A stretch of 64,000 nucleotides of DNA from an uncultured Ruminococcus sp. (GTDB lineage Bacteria; Bacillota; Clostridia; Oscillospirales; CAG-382): contig CAZYRT010000006.1 of NCBI GenBank assembly GCA_964650045.1, positions 3,576 through 67,575 on the forward strand, read 5' to 3'. Positions 10,298 through 20,645 of the stretch are shown here, piece after piece. The position numbers were made by a program, and so were the translations under genes. The stretch's first letter is position 1, and each line of letters starts with the position of its first letter. The notes beneath the pieces were generated by a model that was given only the letters and a program-made list of their open reading frames with translations, searched no databases and was not told the DNA's origin.

Positions 10298-10324
10298 AAA
10301 AAAGGAGCCCAGATGGCTCCTTTT
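10298..10324. terminator. Bidirectional intrinsic terminator between convergent genes
   Basis: The stem is aaaaggagcc / ggctcctttt. An A-run and a T-run flank it on either side. Confidence 0.7.
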
Positions 10325-10325
10325 G

Positions 10326-11489
10326 CTATATCATTTCAATTTTACCGTAATACCAACCAACGCTTCCGTTTTTCTTTACTAAAAATCCATGTGAGGTTTC
10401 TCTGATTATAGACAGCAAATCGCCGTTTGAGACAGCCAATTGATGATTTGTGCAAGAAGCTGTTGTTGATGTATCACCTACTGAAATGTTGTGGATATTT
10501 TGGATATAATCGATAGGGAGCCAAAATTGAGCACCGTTGGCAATATGCTCAACCATAACAGAATCATTATCGATGTTCAAAATGCGAACTACATTATCAT
10601 TATAGCTTATATTAATTGAATTATCAGAAGGGGATTGATCTGTTAAAGCATAACAGGTAGGGAAGCCGTCAAAATAACAGCATTCTATAGAATCGATTGA
10701 ACAATTCAAATGAGGTAAAACAAGCAAATTCAACTGACCATCCCGATTCATACCGCAACCACCATCAATAGAAATAACTTTACTTTCCTTGTCAATTATA
10801 GGGTTCATTATCCTAATAGAAGCATTATAATTAACGACAGGCCAATGTCCAACAACTATATTACGCTCAAATTCAAGTTTATTATCATGAACATAATCCA
10901 AATAACGGTCAAATTTAATACACTTATGCCTATTTACACTTTCGAATGTTTTCTCAACAAACGATTGTTCGGACTCGGGGATTCCACCATGAACAAATAT
11001 ATAATTTGGCGTTTCCAGCATGGTAGGTAAATCACGAATAAATTCTAATTCAGGAATAAAACGAGATCTAACAACATCAAGAACATGGATAAGCTCATCA
11101 ACCGTTGTCGGTATTTTAGCTACTTCGGCAGACATTTCGTCAAAAAACGATGTACCGATCCAATCACGCATATAGAACAAATAATTCAAAAAGTCTTTAG
11201 CGCTATTATAATCGGTTATATTATCCAACTGCCATAGAAAACGATTATCAACATTACCCATAAGCGCTATTGCGCGACCAGCCTCACAAAGACTCTTAAT
11301 ATATCGTACAACAGCAAGGCTTTGGGGACCTTTTTCAACAATATCACCATTAACAATCAAAATGTCATCGGAACTAAATTCAGCTATTTTGAGCAATTGC
11401 ATAAGATGATCAAAATGTCCATGTATATCACTTGTTACAAGAATACGTCCTTTAGATTTTTCTAAGGAAACAGCTTTAAATTCGTTCAT
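10326..11489 (-). CDS. Calcineurin-like metallophosphoesterase (Ser/Thr phosphatase-like) with a C-terminal SH3-like tail
   Basis: Motifs SDIHGH, NGDIVEKGP and GNVD are present. The start is uncertain: ATG 11489, or GTG 11552 which would add a hydrophobic N-terminus. Confidence 0.7.
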   Translation of the reverse strand: MNEFKAVSLEKSKGRILVTSDIHGHFDHLMQLLKIAEFSSDDILIVNGDIVEKGPQSLAVVRYIKSLCEAGRAIALMGNVDNRFLWQLDNITDYNSAKDFLNYLFYMRDWIGTSFFDEMSAEVAKIPTTVDELIHVLDVVRSRFIPELEFIRDLPTMLETPNYIFVHGGIPESEQSFVEKTFESVNRHKCIKFDRYLDYVHDNKLEFERNIVVGHWPVVNYNASIRIMNPIIDKESKVISIDGGCGMNRDGQLNLLVLPHLNCSIDSIECCYFDGFPTCYALTDQSPSDNSINISYNDNVVRILNIDNDSVMVEHIANGAQFWLPIDYIQNIHNISVGDTSTTASCTNHQLAVSNGDLLSIIRETSHGFLVKKNGSVGWYYGKIEMI

Positions 11490-11632
11490 AATAAAACCCA
11501 CTACATTAATAAAAAATTTCAAGCAGGGGACAAAGAAAATTAATTTTTTCACGTCTCTGCCGTTCGCACCAATTGTATAAAATAAAAATTTTAACTATTA
11601 AAGGGAAGAAAGAATATAACGGTAGACTGTGT

Positions 11633-12418
11633 TCAAAAGCCGCAGTCTACCGATGTATCTTCTTCATCCTTTGGAATCCATTCTGTTACAGGAAGTATTC
11701 CGCCATAGTCATACATAGGTCTACAAGTAAGTGAAAACGCATCCACATGATGATTAGCGCAGAAATTTCTTATATCATTGCCATATTTATACTTATTCAA
11801 ATCTCCTGTAAATCCGAGCAGATTTTCGGAAAGCATTCCTGCACAACCGCCTATCAATCCATGGCTAAAGCCTCTTAAACCTATTTCGTCAGTATCTTTT
11901 ACAGTCAATACATCGTAACCGTTTTCTCGAAGAGTTTTTCCTATGTATACATCACAAGTTATTACAGCATGGTCGTTTATAGGAATACAAGAACATTTTG
12001 TGTAGTTTTGCGCTACATATATGATTCTGTATTCATCGTATTGTGCATAAGACTGTATAAGATAATCAACGCTTCTTCCGCATATCAAGGCTTTTCCGAG
12101 TCTGAAATTATTAAATAAACAATCAAACGGATACATATCAGAGAGCGTATTTTCTGATTCATGGAAAATGCTTCTCGGCAAATCTTTGGGAAGATATTTT
12201 GCATCAAATTCGCACATCCAATGTCCGACTCTGAAGTTATTTATCAAAATGTCGGGATGGTAGCCAAGCTCGCTTTTTATGTTAGGCGTTCTCCCTAATC
12301 TGTATGTTTTTATACCCATATCGATGAGTTCGGAATTAATATCCTCGGGTAATATTTGTGATATCAAAGCCTTTTTTACCCGCGACTTTGCTATATAAGG
12401 TATACAATGTCTTTCCAT
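11633..12418 (-). CDS. Hypothetical protein (261 aa)
   Basis: The ORF is clean with a GAGGT RBS and starts 33 nt downstream of radA. I recognise no motif with confidence. Confidence 0.6.
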   Translation of the reverse strand: MERHCIPYIAKSRVKKALISQILPEDINSELIDMGIKTYRLGRTPNIKSELGYHPDILINNFRVGHWMCEFDAKYLPKDLPRSIFHESENTLSDMYPFDCLFNNFRLGKALICGRSVDYLIQSYAQYDEYRIIYVAQNYTKCSCIPINDHAVITCDVYIGKTLRENGYDVLTVKDTDEIGLRGFSHGLIGGCAGMLSENLLGFTGDLNKYKYGNDIRNFCANHHVDAFSLTCRPMYDYGGILPVTEWIPKDEEDTSVDCGF

Positions 12419-12451
12419 ACTTTAACCTCGAAATATGAACAAATTATGAAT

Positions 12452-13822
12452 TCAGGCGTCTAATAGCTTTAGTAAATCGTAAACACCGCGCAATGGTAAA
12501 ATTTCAACACCGCTGTATTTTGGTAGATTATTAATGCTTCTGTAAGGCAACGCTATTCGTTTAAAACCAAGGCGAATAGCTTCATTTATTCTTTGCACAG
12601 TATTAGCAACTGATCTGCATTCTCCTGCTAGTCCAATCTCACCGAATACTATAAGATCTTCGGGCATTGGAACATTCTTATATGTAGATATCATTGCCAT
12701 AGCGCAAGCAGCATCGCAGGCAGGCTCCAAAAGGCGCATACCTGCAGCAACATTTACATAAACATCTTGTGTAGAAAACTTCATACCAAGACGCTTTTCC
12801 AATACCGCAAGAAGCAATGCCGTTCTGTTGTAATCTATTCCGGAAGACATTCTTCTCGGCGATGGATAAACAGTTTGCGTTACCAAGCATTGAATTTCGG
12901 CTATTATAGGGCGGCTACCTTCCATAACACAAACAGGACAGTTTCCCGGTACACCCTTGGGGCGCTGTGACAACAGCATTTCCGAGGGTTTTTCTATTTC
13001 AGTTAATCCATCCTCATTCATTTCGAAAACACCTATCTCATTTGTTGAGCCGTATCTGTTTTTTTCAGCTCTTATAATACGATAGGCATGCTGTTTATCG
13101 CCTTCGAAATACAACACGGCATCTACCATGTGTTCCAAAACCTTGGGTCCCGCAATTGCACCTTCTTTATTTACATGGCCAACCAGAAGCATGGAAACGT
13201 TATCTTCTTTTGCTTTGGAAATTAAGCGCAAAGCGCATTGTCGGACCTGGGTGATGCTGCCTTGAGAGGACGGATAACTTTCGTCATACATTGTTTGGAT
13301 GGAGTCAATTATAACGATTTCGGGCTGTAACGTATTTATTTCTGCAATAACGCTTTCAATATTATTCTCGCTTAGAATATATATATCGTCGTTATCTACA
13401 CCCAAGCGCCTACATCTAATTTTAATTTGAGCAGAGGATTCTTCACCTGTAATATATAAAACTCTGCCGTTATCTCCTAATTTTCGACATATTTGCAAAA
13501 GAAGGGTGGACTTCCCTATTCCCGGTTCCCCCGATAAAAGGACAACCGAGCCCGAAACCAAGCCTCCGCCCAAAACTCTGTCAAATTCACCGATTCCTGT
13601 TGTGATTCTTTCCTTTTCGGCAAAGGAAATATCTTTAATCTTTTTTGCCTTGGGAGTATCGGTTATCATAGCATTATTAGGTTTTGCTTTTTTTGCTTTA
13701 GGGGAAGCTACCAACTGTTCCTCACGTTCGGCAAAAGTGTTCCATTCGCCGCATTGAGGACATCGGCCATACCATTTTGATGCTACATATCCGCAATTTT
13801 CACAATAAAATTCGCTTTTCAT
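12452..13822 (-). CDS. radA: DNA repair protein RadA/Sms
   Basis: The zinc ribbon is CENCGY..CPQCGEWNT. Walker A is GEPGIGKST. The KNRYG motif and a Lon-like C-terminal domain are present. Confidence 0.95.
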   Translation of the reverse strand: MKSEFYCENCGYVASKWYGRCPQCGEWNTFAEREEQLVASPKAKKAKPNNAMITDTPKAKKIKDISFAEKERITTGIGEFDRVLGGGLVSGSVVLLSGEPGIGKSTLLLQICRKLGDNGRVLYITGEESSAQIKIRCRRLGVDNDDIYILSENNIESVIAEINTLQPEIVIIDSIQTMYDESYPSSQGSITQVRQCALRLISKAKEDNVSMLLVGHVNKEGAIAGPKVLEHMVDAVLYFEGDKQHAYRIIRAEKNRYGSTNEIGVFEMNEDGLTEIEKPSEMLLSQRPKGVPGNCPVCVMEGSRPIIAEIQCLVTQTVYPSPRRMSSGIDYNRTALLLAVLEKRLGMKFSTQDVYVNVAAGMRLLEPACDAACAMAMISTYKNVPMPEDLIVFGEIGLAGECRSVANTVQRINEAIRLGFKRIALPYRSINNLPKYSGVEILPLRGVYDLLKLLDA

Positions 13823-14556
13823 TTATCTGACTCCGCATATTCCGAAATGCTGCAATACAAGGAAATAGCAATTGCTAGCTTATAATTTTTATCTTTTAGA
13901 AGAGAAGCTTCTGTTTCATTTGACAGGAATCCGCATTCAACCAAAACAGCAGGAATTTCTAAATTTTCCATCAAATAAATGGCGTCGTTTCCTATTTTTA
14001 TCTTTCGGTCATTATCAGGCTGAAGAAGAGCTATACTATTTTGTATAGCTTCGGCAAGCTTGATGCTGTTTTCGTTATTGCTTGAATAAAAAACCTGAAG
14101 CCCTTTACAATCCTCTTGAGCAAATTTATTCATGTGAATGCTCACAAAAACAGAGTTATCGTAGCTTTCGGCAATGGCTTCCCTATTACGAACATCATAA
14201 TATTTCTTTTTATCTTCTTCACCTTGGTTATAAAGAAGTATATCTTCGGTTCTTGTCATAACCGATGCATAACCCGAGACCTTCAAAAATTCATTTAAAT
14301 AACCTGCAACTTCAAGGTTAAGGTCTTTCTCTATCAGATTATTTGCAACTGCACCGGGGTCTTCGCCGCCATGACCGGGATCGATAATAACTATCAAATC
14401 CTCTTTATCTGATATATCAACACTTGCTTTTTTAAAGCCCTCATAGCCCATTGAGGTAAACATAGAGGCTATAAAATAAAACACCGTTGCAAATGCCAAC
14501 ACCAAAGACAAGATGCATAAACTGATTTTTGCTTCTCTAAAAATGTTCGAACGCAT
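13819..14556 (-). CDS. N-acetylmuramoyl-L-alanine amidase, CwlD-like
   Basis: An N-terminal TM helix is present. Amidase_3 motifs are IDPGHGGEDPGAV, SIHMN and ECGFLSN. The size (245 aa) is typical of CwlD. It overlaps the radA start by 4 nt (ATGA). Confidence 0.8.
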   Translation of the reverse strand: MRSNIFREAKISLCILSLVLAFATVFYFIASMFTSMGYEGFKKASVDISDKEDLIVIIDPGHGGEDPGAVANNLIEKDLNLEVAGYLNEFLKVSGYASVMTRTEDILLYNQGEEDKKKYYDVRNREAIAESYDNSVFVSIHMNKFAQEDCKGLQVFYSSNNENSIKLAEAIQNSIALLQPDNDRKIKIGNDAIYLMENLEIPAVLVECGFLSNETEASLLKDKNYKLAIAISLYCSISEYAESDK

Positions 14557-14618
14557 ATTAACCTCACAAATTGCATTTGTAAGATTATATGCGTATCAAA
14601 CTCAACTATTACTAATAT

Positions 14619-15203
14619 TTATTTTTTGGGCTTTCTTTCCATAGGTCCGTCATAAGGAGGCTTGACCTGGAATCCAAGTATGCCTCTGAGGGTTTTATCT
14701 TGCACTCCAAAAGCATATCCTAATGAGCTTACGATTATGGCAGGAAGAAGTGTTACAATTACATAACCAGTGACACCAATGGCTTCGCGTACACCATACA
14801 AGGTTAAATAACTACCCTGCATTATATAGTAAACAAGCAAAGCGATAGGAGAAGCATTTTCAACACCTCCTGCAGCCAAATCAATTATGATGGCAACAAT
14901 TCCCACCAAAATCACAGGAGAATATGCTATTAAGGTTACCTTTAGCCCTTTGAAAACATCGATTTTTTTGCCTTCTGCTCGAAGACGGATGCCTTCTTTT
15001 ACTGCATAGAAATACATATCATCATAGTGCATAAAGCACAAGAATCCGATTGTAAAAATGCTACTTACAATCGTCAAAGCACTGGTGGGGCCACCGATAA
15101 CAATTACCGCCAAGCCCACCATAATGCCAAGCAATGACATTACTATATGAGTTAAAATAAATTTAACTATGATCGGAGAATTTTCGCTGCAAAAACGTTT
15201 CAT
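14619..15203 (-). CDS. Uncharacterised polytopic membrane protein
   Basis: ATG 15203 shares one nucleotide with the upstream stop (TAATG). The protein is 194 aa with about 5 hydrophobic helices. The track's longer Cys-rich N-terminus is probably not translated. Confidence 0.6.
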   Translation of the reverse strand: MKRFCSENSPIIVKFILTHIVMSLLGIMVGLAVIVIGGPTSALTIVSSIFTIGFLCFMHYDDMYFYAVKEGIRLRAEGKKIDVFKGLKVTLIAYSPVILVGIVAIIIDLAAGGVENASPIALLVYYIMQGSYLTLYGVREAIGVTGYVIVTLLPAIIVSSLGYAFGVQDKTLRGILGFQVKPPYDGPMERKPKK

Positions 15204-16330
15204 TACTTCACCTTCTTCTTTCTGAGAAGAATAGCCACAGTAACAGCGACACCGATTATTACAACAGCAACAACCGATATGATTATCCAAACCCAACTAT
15301 TGCTATTCTTGTCTTTGTCGTTGTTGTCCTCGTCCTTATCCTCATCCTTTTCATCATCTGAATTTTCGATTTCGTCGCTAACCGATGAGGTTGAATCTTG
15401 TGATGCAATATCAGATTCATAAGATGCTGTTTCGGAAGCTTCGCTTGTATCTAAGGATGCTCCATCCAAAGAGGATTCGTTATTGATATCAAATGAAATT
15501 TCCGCGGAAATATCTTCATTAGACGATTCTGCAGATGAAATATTTCCCTCAGATGAAACGACCTCTTCGGGAGATGTTATTACTTCATCAGAAGATTCGT
15601 CTTCGGAAGGTATAAACTCACCTATGGAAATATTAGGAAATTCTTCTGCAGAGGATTCTGCAGGGATTTCCACGTCACTAGATTCGATAGAAGACTCATC
15701 AATGCTAGGCTCGAAAGACGGCTCAGAAAAGGGAATATCCAATGTAATATCGATTTCGGAAGAAATTGCTTCCGAAGATTCTTTAATCTCGGAGGAGGAA
15801 CCAACAACAGGTTTTAAATCCGATTTCTTAATTGTAAGAGTTTTTGAAGTACCATTTAAAGGCTCCAGAGAAGGAGAATCGTTATATAATGAATCGCAAA
15901 CAAACTCAATTTTAAGGTCTACATTGGTTACAATAGGTTCTAATTCAATTTGAAGTCGCAATTGATTATCAGCTTTTATTGTATAACCGCTATATGAAAC
16001 AAATTCCAACCAACAAAAATCATTGCCTTCATTGAAAAAAAGAGCATCTACCGCATCATAAGAAACCAAAGATTCCCACGCGGAAGGCACAGGAACATCA
16101 GAAGAAACATATTCTATAAGTCTCGTATTGAATTTAACATAATATATTAAACCCGAAAGACCCGAGGGATCTGTTATATCAACGATTGATGCATTAATCA
16201 GAATGTTACCGTTATCCTTAACAGTATAGCTTACATCAAGACCTGCAACAGTATCACCTTCAGCAGAAACCGACACTAACGATAAAATCAAAATAGCTGC
16301 TATTACAGCCGCTGCTATTATTCTTTTCAT
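15203..16330 (-). CDS. Exported, C-terminally anchored protein with a beta-sandwich-like domain and a Ser/Glu/Asp-rich stalk
   Basis: The signal peptide is MKRIIAAAVIAAILILSLVSVSAEG and a GGAGGTT RBS precedes ATG 16330. About 170 aa are acidic, Ser-rich and low-complexity. The C-terminus has a TM helix and an RKKKVK tail. Confidence 0.65.
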   Translation of the reverse strand: MKRIIAAAVIAAILILSLVSVSAEGDTVAGLDVSYTVKDNGNILINASIVDITDPSGLSGLIYYVKFNTRLIEYVSSDVPVPSAWESLVSYDAVDALFFNEGNDFCWLEFVSYSGYTIKADNQLRLQIELEPIVTNVDLKIEFVCDSLYNDSPSLEPLNGTSKTLTIKKSDLKPVVGSSSEIKESSEAISSEIDITLDIPFSEPSFEPSIDESSIESSDVEIPAESSAEEFPNISIGEFIPSEDESSDEVITSPEEVVSSEGNISSAESSNEDISAEISFDINNESSLDGASLDTSEASETASYESDIASQDSTSSVSDEIENSDDEKDEDKDEDNNDKDKNSNSWVWIIISVVAVVIIGVAVTVAILLRKKKVK

Positions 16331-16488
16331 TGGAAAACCTCCAAACAACAATTATATTCCTTATGATTATATAATTTATAGCTCACATTGTCAAGAGTAT
16401 TGAACTTGGTATATATAAACAAACCTAAAACAATTTATGAAAATAGAGCTGTGCAATTATAGATTACACAGCCCTCTATTCACAAAAA

Positions 16489-17745
16489 TCAATCGTAAAG
16501 CAATGCGCGTTTTCCCTTTCTGATACTGCTGAAAATGAACCACGACAAAATTATTATCAGCAGAATAATGCATATTATATATACAATTTCATTTCCGCTG
16601 TCTTCTGTAGCTGTTGCGCCAAGATGAGTCCATTTTTCGGTCATATAAACCTTTATTTCATCGGGAAGGTCAACAAATGAATCGGTGTATACCGTTTCGG
16701 GAGCTTCATATAATATCTCATAGGCATCAGGATGAAGCTCTCCAAGAAATTCTATATATTCTTCATCCTCAACAACCGCTGTATTGGGAGAAGCATAATA
16801 CATATATTCGGCATTAGCTTTAGCAATTTCGGGATCCATCAAAAAATTGATATATAACTCTGCGGCTTCTTTGTTTTTTGCATTTTTAAGAACGCAGGCG
16901 GCATCAATAAAAATATTGGTGCCTTCTTCGGGATAATAAAATGCAAGATCATCATTATTGCCGTACATGGTGAAAAAGTCACCTGCGTAATAAGGAGCAA
17001 CGGCAGCCTCGCCGCTTTCCATTTTATTGAAAACCTCGTCCATTACATAGCTTTGCAAAATTTGCTTTTGTTCCAAAAGCTTGTTCAAGGCTTTATCCCA
17101 ATCTGCTTTATCTTCGCTGTTTATATCGATACCTTGATAAAACTGGGAGATAGCAAATGCATCACGGGAGTTATTGAAGTTCAAAATCTTTCCGTCATAC
17201 TTTTCATCCCACATAAGAGACCAGCTCGTAGGAGTTTCCTCAACAATGGATGTATTATAGATAACACCTACCATGCCTACATTATAGGGGACACTGTATT
17301 TGTTTTCAGGATCGTATTCGGTATTTTTATATTTTTCATCAATATACTTATAATTGGGAATATTGTCAAAATTAAGTTCGGCAAGATAACCTTCGTTTAT
17401 AAGTCTGCCGACCATATAATCCGAAGGAATTACAACATCATAATCGGCACCGCCGCTTGAAAGCTTGGCGTAAAGACTTTCATTTGAATCGTAGTTATCA
17501 TAAATTACCTTGATGCCCGTCAGCTTTTCAAACTCTTCATTAACATCGATAGTACCGTCAGAACCGTCGGATATATAATATCCCCAGTTATAAACTTTAA
17601 CTTCGGTTCCTGCGTATTTTGAATAATCAATGGATAGAGTTGAATCGGCATATTCGATTTCAATTTCTTCAGATTCGCCGCATCCTGTCAATAAAAAAGT
17701 CATCATAAACAGAAGCGCAAGAATAAGAGACAAATTCTTTTTCAA
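16489..17745 (-). CDS. potD: Spermidine/putrescine ABC transporter substrate-binding lipoprotein with an extra C-terminal TM helix
   Basis: The lipobox is LLTGC and the body is PotD-like. A TTG at 17745 lies 7 nt after AAAGGGGA and 5 nt after the potC stop, so I prefer it to the track's TTG at 17793. Confidence 0.8.
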   Translation of the reverse strand: MKKNLSLILALLFMMTFLLTGCGESEEIEIEYADSTLSIDYSKYAGTEVKVYNWGYYISDGSDGTIDVNEEFEKLTGIKVIYDNYDSNESLYAKLSSGGADYDVVIPSDYMVGRLINEGYLAELNFDNIPNYKYIDEKYKNTEYDPENKYSVPYNVGMVGVIYNTSIVEETPTSWSLMWDEKYDGKILNFNNSRDAFAISQFYQGIDINSEDKADWDKALNKLLEQKQILQSYVMDEVFNKMESGEAAVAPYYAGDFFTMYGNNDDLAFYYPEEGTNIFIDAACVLKNAKNKEAAELYINFLMDPEIAKANAEYMYYASPNTAVVEDEEYIEFLGELHPDAYEILYEAPETVYTDSFVDLPDEIKVYMTEKWTHLGATATEDSGNEIVYIICIILLIIILSWFIFSSIRKGKRALLYD

Positions 17746-17749
17746 TTCT

Positions 17750-18556
17750 TTATCCCCTTTTTGATTTAGGCTTAGTATCTCTGTCGCCGACAAAATTGAT
17801 TACTATCAGCAACACTAGTACAGCAAGAATAATAATAGTATTTGCCGCATACAAAGTAGGTCTCACACCTCTCTTAACTGCGGAATAAATATAGATAGGC
17901 AAAGTTTGGAATCCGCTTCCTGTTACAAAATAGCTTATTAAAAAGTCATCCAAGGAAAGAGTGAACGCCATAAGCATACCCGAAACAACACCGGGCATTA
18001 TACAAGGAAGCTCCACCTTAAAAAATGACATGAGCGGTCTGCACCCAAGATCCATGGCTGCTTCTGTTAAATGCTTATCCATTTGCTTTATCTTAGGCAA
18101 AACCGAAAGGATAACATAGGGCAAGCTAAAGGTTACATGGGCAATGAGAAGAGTCCAAAAGCTGAGAGTGGATTGCAACCCTATAATAGCACCTGCCGAA
18201 ACGAACAAAAGCATAAGAGAAACGCCTGTTACAATATCGGGGTTCATCATAGGTATATTTGTAACAGATAGGATGCTGTTACGAATATATTTACTTTTCA
18301 TCCTACTGATACCCACAGCGGCAGCAGTACCCAAAACACCTGAAATGCAAGCTGTCGAAACCGCAAGTATCAATGTGTTTTTAAAAGCACCTATAACCTC
18401 AGAATTTTTAAATACTTCCCGATAATTTTTCATTGAGAAGCTTTCAAAAACGCTCAAACTGTCGGTTGAGTTAAAGGAGAAAAATACCATGACAAGTATC
18501 GGCGCATAGAGAAGGAAAAATATAACAAACATATATATTTTGGAGAGCTTTTTCAT
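17750..18556 (-). CDS. potC: Spermidine/putrescine ABC permease
   Basis: It is a six-TM permease with the EAA-type loop EAAMDLGCRPLMSFFKVELP. Its ATG overlaps the potB stop (ATGA). Confidence 0.9.
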   Translation of the reverse strand: MKKLSKIYMFVIFFLLYAPILVMVFFSFNSTDSLSVFESFSMKNYREVFKNSEVIGAFKNTLILAVSTACISGVLGTAAAVGISRMKSKYIRNSILSVTNIPMMNPDIVTGVSLMLLFVSAGAIIGLQSTLSFWTLLIAHVTFSLPYVILSVLPKIKQMDKHLTEAAMDLGCRPLMSFFKVELPCIMPGVVSGMLMAFTLSLDDFLISYFVTGSGFQTLPIYIYSAVKRGVRPTLYAANTIIILAVLVLLIVINFVGDRDTKPKSKRG

Positions 18557-19386
18557 AATATCATTCCTCCCCCTTCTTCATCGTCAGAAAACTTATTCAT
18601 AACTGCAATAGAAAGCATTATTAAGATCATCAAAACTAAGGAAATTGCGCTGCCGAAATTTTGGTTACCGCTGCTCATGAAAGCAGCCTCGATTTCTTCA
18701 CCAATAAGACGGCTGTTAGTTCCACCCAACTTTTGTGAAATATAAAATGTACTGATTGCAGGAACAAATACCATGGTTATCCCCGAAACAATACCGCTTT
18801 TAGACAAAGGCAAAATAACCTTTGTTATAACCATAAATCTATTACATCCAAGATCCTGAGAAGCCTCTATAACGTGCTTATCAAGCTTTGATATAACGGT
18901 ATGAATAGGCAAAACCATGAAAGGCAGATAGTTATATATCATTCCCAAAATAACCGCAAAGGGGCTGTCTATCAAGCTTATAGACATTCCCAAGGGTTCC
19001 AGCAAGGTATTTATAACACCTTCATCAGCAATAATATTGCTCAAAGAAAAGGTTCTTATAATAAGGTTGGTCCACATAGGAAGCATGATAAGCATGATAG
19101 CTGTTTTTTGTGTGGTCGCTTTTGCTTGAGAGATAAAATATGCAAGAGGAAAAGCCAAAACAACACAAACAACCGTAGCTATAAACGCATAGGCAACCGA
19201 GCGAACAAATATGGCAACATATTCCGGCTCGCCTAGGCTTAGAATATTGTCAAAGGTAAATTCACCGTTGCTGTCTGTGAAGGTATAATACAATACCATT
19301 ATCAGAGGGATAACGATAAACATAACCGCCCACACGATATAAGGCGCAGCAACAAACCTTTGAATGAGGGATGAACGCTTATTCAT
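18553..19386 (-). CDS. potB: Spermidine/putrescine ABC permease
   Basis: The EAA-type loop is [20 protein letters not shown]. Internal ATG 19386 overlaps the potA 3' end by 8 nt. Confidence 0.9.
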   Translation of the reverse strand: MNKRSSLIQRFVAAPYIVWAVMFIVIPLIMVLYYTFTDSNGEFTFDNILSLGEPEYVAIFVRSVAYAFIATVVCVVLAFPLAYFISQAKATTQKTAIMLIMLPMWTNLIIRTFSLSNIIADEGVINTLLEPLGMSISLIDSPFAVILGMIYNYLPFMVLPIHTVISKLDKHVIEASQDLGCNRFMVITKVILPLSKSGIVSGITMVFVPAISTFYISQKLGGTNSRLIGEEIEAAFMSSGNQNFGSAISLVLMILIMLSIAVMNKFSDDEEGGGMIL

Positions 19387-20512
19387 CCTCTGCCTCTGTA
19401 TTTTCTGATAATTTTTCAAGCTCATCACTATATGAGCTATAGTCGCCAAACACACCGGAATATTCGCTCTTCTTCATGATGTGAATAGCATCTGGCTCAA
19501 TATACAAGCCGATTTTTGCGCCCACGGGCTCAAAATCAGTTGTTTGTATCATCCATTTAAAGCCGTTGATATCAACAATAATTTCGAAATGAACACCTTT
19601 AAAGGTTACGCTAGTAACTTCACCCGAAAGCATTCCCTTTTCGATAGGAACAACGTCAACATCCTCGGGACGGATAACAACGTCAACCGGCTCGTTTTTA
19701 CCAAAGCCTTTATCAAGACAATCGAAGGTCTTACCTGCGAAAGATGCCTCGAAATCCTCAAGCATGATGCCGTCAACAATATTACTTTCGCCGATAAAGT
19801 CGGCAACGAAAGCATTTTCGGGCTCGTTATAAATATCCAAAGGAGTGCCAATCTGTTGAATACGTCCGTTATCCATAACAACAACGGTGTCGGACATCGA
19901 GAGGGCTTCTTCCTGATCATGAGTTACATATACAAAAGTAATGCCCAAGCGCTGTTGGATTCCTTTAAGCTCGTTTTGCATATCCTTACGAAGCTTCAGG
20001 TCCAAAGCCCCCAAGGGTTCATCAAGCAAAAGAACGCGAGGCTTCACCGCAAGAGCGCGTGCAATAGCAACTCTTTGCTGTTGTCCGCCGCTTAATGAAT
20101 TAACATTGCGTCTGTCAAATCCTTTAAGATTAACAAGCTCAAGCATTTCATGAACAGTCTTTTGAATCTCTTTTTCGGATTTTTTCTGCACACGCAGACC
20201 AAATGCGACATTTTCATACACATTAAGGTGAGGAAAAAGAGCATATTTTTGAAAAACAGTATTTATCTGTCTCTCATAAGAAGGAACGTCGTTTATACGT
20301 TTTCCTTCAAACAAAACATCGCCGCTATCCGGCGTCACAAAACCGCCGAGTATACGCAAGGTTGTAGTCTTGCCGCAACCCGAAGGTCCCAAAAGAGTGA
20401 CGAACTCTTTTTCATTGATATCAAGGCTCAGATCATCAAGGATCTGATCATCGTCAAACTTGACGGAAATGTTTTGAAGACGCAAAAGCGCGTTGTTTTC
20501 AAGTTTGTTCAA
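19379..20512 (-). CDS. potA: Spermidine/putrescine ABC ATPase
   Basis: Walker A is GPSGCGKTT, the signature is LSGGQQQR and Walker B is LLLDEP. A C-terminal TOBE-like domain is present. The TTG start lies 7 nt after GGAG. Confidence 0.9.
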   Translation of the reverse strand: MNKLENNALLRLQNISVKFDDDQILDDLSLDINEKEFVTLLGPSGCGKTTTLRILGGFVTPDSGDVLFEGKRINDVPSYERQINTVFQKYALFPHLNVYENVAFGLRVQKKSEKEIQKTVHEMLELVNLKGFDRRNVNSLSGGQQQRVAIARALAVKPRVLLLDEPLGALDLKLRKDMQNELKGIQQRLGITFVYVTHDQEEALSMSDTVVVMDNGRIQQIGTPLDIYNEPENAFVADFIGESNIVDGIMLEDFEASFAGKTFDCLDKGFGKNEPVDVVIRPEDVDVVPIEKGMLSGEVTSVTFKGVHFEIIVDINGFKWMIQTTDFEPVGAKIGLYIEPDAIHIMKKSEYSGVFGDYSSYSDELEKLSENTEAEDE

Positions 20513-20569
20513 TTCTTTACTCCGAATAATTTAATATACTGCTATATATAAATAATATATAACAAATAG

Positions 20570-20598
20570 ATAATACATATATTTTCACTTTTTGTCAA
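20570..20598 (-). promoter_or_regulatory. Sigma-A-type promoter for potABCD
   Basis: On the minus strand it reads TTGACA, a 17-nt spacer, then TATTAT preceded by TG. Confidence 0.45.
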
Positions 20599-20645
20599 TA
20601 CTTTATACAATATTTTCATAATACAATTTTACCATATGAAAGTGT

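Noticed and set aside
15483-15953. A 156-aa Ser/Glu-rich ORF lies on the plus strand.
   Set aside because: It mirrors the low-complexity SSE/ESS repeat region of the minus-strand gene 15203..16330. It has no start context.
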